Origin: Candidatus Jordarchaeales archaeon
GTDB taxonomy: Archaea; Asgardarchaeota; Jordiarchaeia; Jordiarchaeales; Freyrarchaeaceae
Reading direction: 5' to 3'
Assembly (NCBI GenBank): GCA_038858525.1
Contig: JAWCFL010000010.1
Span: forward strand, 1-32,000
DNA length: 32,000 bases
In this document: piece after piece, positions 25,315-32,000 of the stretch
How positions within the stretch are numbered: position 1 is the first letter of the stretch
Layout: the number at the start of each line of letters is the position of its first letter
The notes under the pieces: generated by a model
Told to the model about the DNA's origin: nothing
What the model saw: only the letters and a program-made list of their open reading frames with translations
The model's database searches: none
Made by a program: the position numbers and the translations under genes

Positions 25315-26238
25315 TTGAACGTTATCGCATCGTGTGGCAAGGTAAAGATATACAGGTGTAAAACGAATTATTTCTCTTTGTTTAATAGTCCCTATTACGC
25401 TCATAGTTATGGAGGGGCGATCGACATTTATTTCTTAGATGAGGAGCGCGTTTTTCCATGTTTAACCCCTGGTAGGATTGTCGGTATTAGAACAGTTAAA
25501 GCGGCATCTATGAAAAAGTTCTATCATAGTGACTTTGATTATGTGACGCTGATCGAGAGCAGAGAAGACCCAAGTTTAATTGTCAGAATAATGCATATTA
25601 AACCATTCGTGAAGGAAGGAGAACACTTAAATGTAGGAAGACCCGTGGGGGAGCCTTTGCGGAGCGGCTTTTTTGATCCTTGGACAAGTTTACACGCTCA
25701 CTTAGAGATAAAAACTCCCGATTACGCCTTTAGAGCGAAAGGCTCCCTCCCTATAGACTTGAAGATCGATGGTGAAGTTGAAGGTGAAGCGGTGGAGGAT
25801 ATTCTCTTTAGGGTAGTCCATGTCAACGATTTTTTTGTGCTGGTAGAGCTTGAAGAAGGATGCACGGTAAGGTTAGGAGAAGTTAGAGGGTTAGGAGTCA
25901 AGATCGGAGGGAGCATTGGAATTCTCGATTGCGGTTTCCCTCACTATGCAAGGGGGGGAGTTATGCTTGCTCAGGGGAGTAAGGTACAATTAGGCGACCA
26001 GGTTAAGCTTGGTGGTCTAGTTATAGGGAGAGTAAATGGTTTTATACATAATGGAGCCCGAGTTCTCTTAGAGAAAGTTTCTCTGGAATGTGAGGGGGTT
26101 CGGTTGAGAGGGATTTCTGCTTTTCTAAGTTTAAATGAGAAATGCTTAATGAAATTAATCCCTTTAAAGGGAGAGAAAGTAGAGTTCAAGAAGGGAGAAA
26201 TCATTCGGTTAGAGTTTAACAAGGAGGGTTTCCGTTGA
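25315..26238 (+). CDS. M23/LytM-like zinc metallohydrolase-fold protein, cytoplasmic, function unknown
   Basis: SPYYAHSYGGAIDIY (H...D), IMHIKP..VKEGEHLNVGRPVG, LHAHLEI (HxH) in M23 order. No signal peptide. Confidence 0.6.
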   Translation: MNVIASCGKVKIYRCKTNYFSLFNSPYYAHSYGGAIDIYFLDEERVFPCLTPGRIVGIRTVKAASMKKFYHSDFDYVTLIESREDPSLIVRIMHIKPFVKEGEHLNVGRPVGEPLRSGFFDPWTSLHAHLEIKTPDYAFRAKGSLPIDLKIDGEVEGEAVEDILFRVVHVNDFFVLVELEEGCTVRLGEVRGLGVKIGGSIGILDCGFPHYARGGVMLAQGSKVQLGDQVKLGGLVIGRVNGFIHNGARVLLEKVSLECEGVRLRGISAFLSLNEKCLMKLIPLKGEKVEFKKGEIIRLEFNKEGFR

Positions 26239-26516
26239 CTGGAAACGCTAGGTTAAAGGTTCCAGGAGGAAAAATGATAGAGGCGGAGGTAGAGTTAGAG
26301 GGAAAATTGATAAGATATGTGCGGATAACAGGTGACTTTTATTTTCATCCTGAGGAGGAACTTGAAGAGCTGGAAGAAACATTGAAGGGGGCACCTATCC
26401 ATGCATTATATGAACTTGTCGAAAAGTTTCTTAAAGAGAAAAAGGTTACGCTTGTTGGGATTGATGCAAAAGACATCGTCAAAGTGATACTTAATGCAGC
26501 TGGGCAACGAGATTAA
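26235..26516 (+). CDS. lplB: Lipoate-protein ligase C-terminal accessory subunit (LplB-like)
   Basis: KVPGGKMIEAEVE...VRITGDFYFHPEEELEELEETLKG...GIDAKDI, typical of the LplA C-terminal domain. TTGA overlap with the upstream gene. Confidence 0.85.
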   Translation: MTGNARLKVPGGKMIEAEVELEGKLIRYVRITGDFYFHPEEELEELEETLKGAPIHALYELVEKFLKEKKVTLVGIDAKDIVKVILNAAGQRD

Positions 26517-26523
26517 TTTATTT

Positions 26524-27837
26524 TTAGAGAGATTCACGAGTTTGACTTATTAATTCTTCTGATATTATTTTTTCTTTGCCTTCCCAGAGTTCTTCAAGAA
26601 TTAAGTCAAAGATTCTCGAAGCCACAATTTTTTTGTTCGAGAGAGAAATGTGATGAACGTTTTCCCTTTTATCTATTACGTAGACTTCGTTGGATTCTGC
26701 GGAGAAGCCTGCGTTCGGCTTTGACACGTCGTTGGCGACTATCATATCCAAGTTTGCGTTTCTAAGTTTTTTTATCGCTCGTGAAATTAGCTCTTCTTTT
26801 GAGACCCCGTACTCTGCTTTAAACCCAACTAAGAAGGCCTTTGGTGCAGCTAATCTTATAGCGTCTATCACTTTAGGCAAAGGCTTCAGGGAGATTTGGA
26901 GGTTCTCTTTTCCAGATGGTATTTTTTCGTTAACCTTGCTTTCAGGGGCATAATCTGAGACCGCCGCGGCGCATATTATTATGTCATAGCATTTTTCTCC
27001 TACTTCGGAGAGAGCGGCATCTAGCATTTCCTTTGTGGTTTCAACTCTAATGACCTTAACGTTGAAAGGAGGCTCCGCCGTTCCGGGACCATATATGAGG
27101 GTTACCTCTGCGCCTCGGAGAGCTGCTTCTTCCGCCAGCGCGACGCCCATCTTGCCACTACTAGGATTACTAATGTACCTTACTGCATCTATGTATTCTC
27201 GTGTTGGTCCTCCAGTGATTAAAACCTTTAGTCCTTTCATGTCCTTTTTCTTTGAGAGAATTTCGATTACCCTAGCTACTATCGTGTTTATGTGGGCGAT
27301 TTTCGCTTTTCCTTCTTCAAAGCGGGGGCCTATTATTTCGATTCCATACGCTTCTAGGCGTTTTAGGTTTTCTAGTATTATTGGGTGGTGGTACATCGAC
27401 TCGTGCATTGCAGGCACAACCACTACAGGGATCTTCGCGCCTATCGCCGTTGTGACTACCGTGGTAACGGGAGTGTCGTCAATGCCGTAAGCGATCTTGC
27501 TTATTGTATTTGCTGTGGCTGGAGCAACGAGCACTATGGAAACGGCGTTTGGGTGTTCTCCAGCAAGAGAGATGTGCTCTACCATTCCAGTTAGCTCGGT
27601 TACAACAGGATTTCCTGTAGCCCACTCCATTAGCGCGGGGGAGATCAGTTTTGTAGCTGCAGGCGACATCACCGCATATACTTCTGCCCCGTGACGCATT
27701 AATTCTCTAGCAATTATTGGACATTCTACTGCCGCCACGCTACCTGTTATGCAAAGAGCGATCTTTTTCCCCTTAAGGATCTGGCTTTTAGTCCCGATGA
27801 TCTGCTTCGAGGTGTGTTCGGGAAGCAATAATAACAA
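26524..27837 (-). CDS. coaBC: Phosphopantothenoylcysteine decarboxylase / phosphopantothenate-cysteine ligase
   Basis: ITGSVAA, APATANTISK, PAMHESMY, ITGGPTREYIDAVRYISNPSSGKMG, AAVSDY, VGFKAE, IVAND. Confidence 0.97.
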   Translation of the reverse strand: MLLLLPEHTSKQIIGTKSQILKGKKIALCITGSVAAVECPIIARELMRHGAEVYAVMSPAATKLISPALMEWATGNPVVTELTGMVEHISLAGEHPNAVSIVLVAPATANTISKIAYGIDDTPVTTVVTTAIGAKIPVVVVPAMHESMYHHPIILENLKRLEAYGIEIIGPRFEEGKAKIAHINTIVARVIEILSKKKDMKGLKVLITGGPTREYIDAVRYISNPSSGKMGVALAEEAALRGAEVTLIYGPGTAEPPFNVKVIRVETTKEMLDAALSEVGEKCYDIIICAAAVSDYAPESKVNEKIPSGKENLQISLKPLPKVIDAIRLAAPKAFLVGFKAEYGVSKEELISRAIKKLRNANLDMIVANDVSKPNAGFSAESNEVYVIDKRENVHHISLSNKKIVASRIFDLILEELWEGKEKIISEELISQTRESL

Positions 27838-28015
27838 CCCCGAAGTGATAGTGTAAATTCACGTTTCAAGTTAACCTTTAGACAACAGGCATATTTAAGC
27901 TTTTAAACACAAAAAAAGTAGTATAAATAGTCTTTAAATTTACTCCAAAAATAAATAAAATAAAAATATACTATACAACAAGAAACATGCGATGAGATAT
28001 ATGATTACTCCCACA

Positions 28016-28990
28016 TTAATGCGTCCTGGTCAAGTGTGAGTTACCGAGATATTTTGGTTTTAGGACAGCGTTGTAATGGTCTCTGAGGCTATATTCTGCT
28101 ACACCTAAAGACTGCGCAATCAATTTCTGTGTCAAAATGGAGGAGCAACCTCTCCGGAGTGCTAGAAGTTTATCGGCACAGTATATTACTGCCGCAGTGA
28201 AAATGTATGGTCTTCTTCCGCCTTTCTCCTTCTTCGTCTCGGCGAGGATCCTCATGCACATACTTATTAGCTCTCTTCTGTAATCCTCAACACTCATCCC
28301 TTTTTCCTCTAGTTTGAGAATGACATTTTTCGATCCTAGCAGGGCGTTTATCGCTCTTGGAAGGTATTCTTCACTTCTACGCAGTGTTTGATGTACACCT
28401 GTAACTTTTCGGATTAAAAATGCTGCCTTCAGCAACTTTTTTGGGGCAACTTTGTATCCCATCGATTTGAAGGCTTCTGTTATTTCTATTAGTGTTACCG
28501 GCGCATGCGTTTTCTGCTCTCTTACGGCGTGAAGGAGGCATGCTGCCATGAGGAGTATGTGGTTACTAACTTTTAGTTGCTGGATGGCACGTTTGTACAA
28601 GTTTATTGCGCGCTCCCTTACAATGGCTGGGAGATCAAGGCGTTCAGATACATATTTGAGTGCAGAGAACGCTCTATAGTGCGTCGCACATAGAGTTCTC
28701 ATCTTGTCTTGAATAGCTTTGATTTTCAGTCTTTTGTAGATGGCTTGGCTTTTAGGTGAAACCATATTACCCTTCGAGTCTCTAAAGATGAAGGCGTCTT
28801 TGTAATCAATGTAACTTCCTACTTGAGTTTCAGGGTACACCCATGCACCTCTAGTATGCTCCTTTGAGGATATGTAGAAAAGAGGGGATACTATGTGTCG
28901 CTCAACGACAAGCCCGCAGTTTGGGCATACATAATAACCTTCATATTCTACAGCGTCCACGTCACATTCCTGGCATTTCAAAAGGGACAC
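28016..28990 (-). CDS. tfb: Divergent transcription initiation factor IIB (TFB) paralog
   Basis: Zn ribbon CQEC-x12-CPNCG, two cyclin-fold repeats (LDLPAIVRERAINLY...AACL; GRRPYIFTAAVIY), C-terminal HTH TQKLIAQSLGVAEYSLR. Start is GTG 28990 or 29017. Confidence 0.85.
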   Translation of the reverse strand: MSLLKCQECDVDAVEYEGYYVCPNCGLVVERHIVSPLFYISSKEHTRGAWVYPETQVGSYIDYKDAFIFRDSKGNMVSPKSQAIYKRLKIKAIQDKMRTLCATHYRAFSALKYVSERLDLPAIVRERAINLYKRAIQQLKVSNHILLMAACLLHAVREQKTHAPVTLIEITEAFKSMGYKVAPKKLLKAAFLIRKVTGVHQTLRRSEEYLPRAINALLGSKNVILKLEEKGMSVEDYRRELISMCMRILAETKKEKGGRRPYIFTAAVIYCADKLLALRRGCSSILTQKLIAQSLGVAEYSLRDHYNAVLKPKYLGNSHLTRTH

Positions 28991-29307
28991 ACGTAACACC
29001 CTTAACGGGAAACCCACACCGAAAATTAATCTCTTTTCAGGATGAGGAGGAAGCTATAGAGGACTGTGTGGTACCATAAGAAAACCATTAAGACTCTTTA
29101 AGAAGAAAGAGGTAAAGTAGACTAAAAAAGAGCAACGAGCAACTAAGTTAGGTCATCGTATACGCCTTGAATCTTTAGCCTGGCCAATCTGAAAATCTTG
29201 CGTAATACTCTTTAAAGGGATGTAAAATGTTCCCCTGCGTGTAATTAGTTTAAGCTTCAAGTGAAAGCGAATAAGCGTATTTACCTATGCTTTCGCTTTT
29301 CATCAAA

Positions 29308-29324
29308 GAAAAAGTCTTATATTT
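29308..29324 (+). promoter_or_regulatory. BRE + TATA promoter of the pantoate kinase operon
   Basis: GAAAAAGT-CTTATATTT about 50 nt upstream of ATG 29375. Confidence 0.5.
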
Positions 29325-29374
29325 TTTGAGTAAATGGGGGTAACGGAAATTAATCGTGCCAGAAGAGAAAAAGG

Positions 29375-30310
29375 ATGGTTTTACAGTTGACCTCCAAATT
29401 TTCGAAGGCTTTCTGTCCGGCGCATATCACGTGCTTTTTCCAAATATTTGACAAGTCAGGAAACCCGCTAGAGGTCGGGTCTAGAGGCGCCGGGATATGT
29501 TTGGACAGAGGAATAACTACCATGGTTAAAGTGGAGATTGCTAAGGAGAACCATTTGGAAATAATTATTAACCCAGATATAGGAGAGCCTAAAGTTACTA
29601 GAAGTGCGGCTGAAAGAATGGTGAAACTTGCAAACGAAAAGTACTCGAAAAACTACAAGGTAACCGTGATGCAAAAAATGGATGTTCCAGTGTATGCTGG
29701 GTTTGGCTCTAGCGGTGCTGCAGCCTTCAGCACTGCCTTGGCTCTCAATGACGCATTAGGGTTAGGCCTCACGAAAAATAGGGTAGGGCAGATAGCACAC
29801 TTATCTGAGATTGAAAATCTCACGGGGCTAGGCGACGTTGCAGCCCAAAACGTTGGAGGCGTAGAAATAAGGGTAAAAGAAGGGGCACCGGGTTATGGAG
29901 TAGTGGACAACATACCGGTCTCGGAAGAATATGTTGTGGTCTGCGGCTCAATAGGCGGATTAGAGACGAAGAGCGTAATTTCTCGAAAAGATAAGAAGGA
30001 ACAAATAAATGCGGCTGGAAAAAGCCTCGTAGAAGAACTGATAAAAGACGCGACAATAGAGAAAGTGGCTCTTTTAGCGAAGAGGTTCACTATGGAAACA
30101 GGGTTAATGACGAAAAAAGTAGAGGAAGCGATTCTTGCACTTGAAAAAGAAGGGTTTGAATATTGTGGTATGATAATGCTGGGTGAAAGTGTCTTCTGCA
30201 TCACCACCAAGAAAAAGGCAAAAAAAGCATATAGGGTGCTTAGAAAATGTATGCCTCAAGGCTTCATTAAGATTTGCAAAATAGATTTTAGAGGAGCAAG
30301 ACTGGTGTAA
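29375..30310 (+). CDS. Pantoate kinase (GHMP family)
   Basis: AFCPAHITCFF, GSRGAG, PVYAGFGSSGA, AHLSEIENLTGLGDV, GMIMLGESVF, adjacent to phosphopantothenate synthetase. Confidence 0.93.
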   Translation: MVLQLTSKFSKAFCPAHITCFFQIFDKSGNPLEVGSRGAGICLDRGITTMVKVEIAKENHLEIIINPDIGEPKVTRSAAERMVKLANEKYSKNYKVTVMQKMDVPVYAGFGSSGAAAFSTALALNDALGLGLTKNRVGQIAHLSEIENLTGLGDVAAQNVGGVEIRVKEGAPGYGVVDNIPVSEEYVVVCGSIGGLETKSVISRKDKKEQINAAGKSLVEELIKDATIEKVALLAKRFTMETGLMTKKVEEAILALEKEGFEYCGMIMLGESVFCITTKKKAKKAYRVLRKCMPQGFIKICKIDFRGARLV

Positions 30311-30330
30311 AGCCAGTAGAGGGAAAAAAG

Positions 30331-31128
30331 ATGGACGAAATTCCGCCAGGTCACCCTAGGGCTGAGTCATTAAGAATAAGGCATAAGTTGATTCATGGAA
30401 TGGAGAACAAAGTTGTGGCTAAAGCAGGACTTATCGCGCATGGTAGAGGAGAAGCGTTTGATTATCTTTTAGGCGAGAAAACCCAACCACCAGCAATGGA
30501 AGCGGTACGTGCTGCTGTTTCAGCTCTCCTGCTAGCAAAGTACCCTGTTATAAGTGTTAATGGCAACCTGGCGGCTCTATCACCAAGAGAGGTCGTGGAG
30601 CTTGCTAAAGAAGTAAACGCCAAAATAGAGATAAATCTCTTCTACAGAAGTCAAGAAAGAATTGAAGCAATAAGGAAAGTTCTGGAGGAAGCAGGGGCAA
30701 AGGAGATCTTAGGGGTAGGAGAAACCGCCGATGGAGAAATTCCAGAAATATCAAGTGTTAGGAGAGTTGTTGACCGGCGAGGTATAATGATAGCAGATGT
30801 AGTCCTCGTTTCCATTGAGGATGGTGATAGAACGCAAGCACTTAGAAAACTGGGAAAAACGGTTATCGCTATAGATCTAAACCCGCTTAGTAGGACTGCA
30901 AAGTACGCTAACATAACAATAGTCGACAATATAGTTAGATGTATGCCTCTCCTCGTAGAAGAAGCAAGAAGGCTCAAAGGATACCCAAAGGAGCGACTGA
31001 AAGAGATTGTAGAAAAATACGATAATAAGAAGGTTCTGGCAGACATGTTAAGAATAATAAGAGATAGGTTAACAGCAATAGCTGAAGCTGGAGGAACCAT
31101 ACCTGACGACTTTGAAAAAGCACTTTAG
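30331..31128 (+). CDS. 4-phosphopantoate--beta-alanine ligase (phosphopantothenate synthetase)
   Basis: IPPGHPRAESLRIR, GLIAHGRGEAFDYLLGEKT, VISVNGN, EINLFYRS, EDGDR, IDLNPLSRT, VDNIVR. Confidence 0.96.
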   Translation: MDEIPPGHPRAESLRIRHKLIHGMENKVVAKAGLIAHGRGEAFDYLLGEKTQPPAMEAVRAAVSALLLAKYPVISVNGNLAALSPREVVELAKEVNAKIEINLFYRSQERIEAIRKVLEEAGAKEILGVGETADGEIPEISSVRRVVDRRGIMIADVVLVSIEDGDRTQALRKLGKTVIAIDLNPLSRTAKYANITIVDNIVRCMPLLVEEARRLKGYPKERLKEIVEKYDNKKVLADMLRIIRDRLTAIAEAGGTIPDDFEKAL

Positions 31129-31160
31129 AATTCAGAAAAAGACTATCAAAGGGGTACAAG

Positions 31161-32000
31161 TTGAGAGTTGCAGTCTTGGGAGCAGGAGCTATAGGAAGCC
31201 TTTTCGGGGGAATGCTAGCAAGAACCGGTGTTAAGGTAATACTGATAGGCCGGAAAGAACATGTGGAAATGATAAGAAAAAGAGGATTAAAGATAATAGA
31301 GGAAAGCGGGGAGGCTTTTACAGTTAGAGTGGAAGCAACGACAAACCCACTAGAGGCGGGTAAAGCAGATACAGTCTTCTTAACTGTTAAGGCATACGAC
31401 ACTAGGAGGGCAGCAATGGATGCTAGGCCATTGTTAAAAGAAGACAGTTTAGTTGTTTGCATGCAAAACGGGTTAGATACGGAGAAAGAAGCTGCTGATG
31501 TCCTAGGAAAGGAAAACGTTTTTCGAGGGGTAACTTCTGAGGGGGCTCAGCTCGTGGAGCCGGGAGTTGTGCGTCATGCTGGTAGAGGAGAGAGCTTAGT
31601 GGGGTCTCCTTTCGGTATCTCGCTGCAAAGAGCAAAGAGCGTTGCCGAGATTCTTAGAGAAGCGGGCTTTAATGCAAATGTCACGGACAACATTGAAAGA
31701 GAAGTTTGGGGAAAGGCGCTCGTTAACGCCGGAATAAACCCTATTGGGGCTATAACGGGACTTAGAAACGGTGAGATACTTGAGCATCCACCCCTCTTAG
31801 AAGTTATGAAGAAGCTTATTGCGGAGGGGAAAAAAGTTGCTAAGAAGCATAATATCACATTGACGGAGGACCCCTTCACTAAAGCTGTCAAGATTGCAGA
31901 GATGACTGCCACTAACAAGAACTCCATGCTTCAGGATATAGAAAAGGGCAAAAAAACTGAAATAGACTATATTAATGGTGCGATAGTTGCTTATGGTAAA
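31161..32000 (+). CDS. panE: 2-dehydropantoate 2-reductase (runs off the window edge)
   Basis: Not in the ORF track; translated by hand from TTG 31161: MRVAVLGAGAIGSLFGGML...LTVKAYDT...MQNGL...WGKALVNAGINP...NSMLQD...TEIDYINGAIV. Confidence 0.94.
   Translation, partial: MRVAVLGAGAIGSLFGGMLARTGVKVILIGRKEHVEMIRKRGLKIIEESGEAFTVRVEATTNPLEAGKADTVFLTVKAYDTRRAAMDARPLLKEDSLVVCMQNGLDTEKEAADVLGKENVFRGVTSEGAQLVEPGVVRHAGRGESLVGSPFGISLQRAKSVAEILREAGFNANVTDNIEREVWGKALVNAGINPIGAITGLRNGEILEHPPLLEVMKKLIAEGKKVAKKHNITLTEDPFTKAVKIAEMTATNKNSMLQDIEKGKKTEIDYINGAIVAYGK

Noticed and set aside
25315-26238. Secreted antibacterial peptidoglycan hydrolase
   Set aside because: No signal peptide, TM anchor or cell-wall-binding domain, and the first Zn motif has atypical H-x6-D spacing. 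Kept only as an M23-like fold call.
29153-29260. Possible 35-aa minus-strand ORF (MKLKLITRRGTF...) after the hairpin
   Set aside because: No SD motif, short, and no recognisable features.
1-32000. CRISPR arrays, IS elements, integrases, rRNA or tRNA genes, defence islands
   Set aside because: No regularly spaced repeats, terminal inverted repeats, transposase or integrase motifs, or structural RNA signatures were seen by eye. A tRNAscan-SE or Infernal run would be needed to exclude small RNAs.

Overview
Gene-dense archaeal chromosome segment with about 34 CDS. I found no rRNA, tRNA, CRISPR array or transposase. Most genes serve cofactor and core metabolism: F420/FO (cofG, cofH), PLP (pdxS, pdxT), CoA by the archaeal phosphopantothenate route (coaBC, pantoate kinase, phosphopantothenate synthetase, panE), ether lipid and inositol (GGGP synthase, ino1), purB, pyrF and pheA. 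DNA-related genes are nreA, alba, a TatD-like gene and a divergent TFB. Among these sit three proteins with folds typical of Asgard eukaryotic-signature proteins: a 650-aa longin plus long coiled-coil protein, a tandem roadblock protein and a V4R/Bet3-like protein. This suggests a probably thermophilic Asgard archaeon (inference, not a database result). The best leads are (1) the longin/coiled-coil protein and the other dispersed signature proteins; (2) a cytoplasmic M23-like zinc hydrolase translationally coupled to a stand-alone lipoate-ligase C-terminal subunit; (3) a TFB paralog with an altered BRE-reading helix inside the CoA cluster; and (4) a cofH whose expected start codon reads TTA, overlapping the cofG stop. 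I cannot demonstrate a complete new system from sequence alone, so these are hypotheses.
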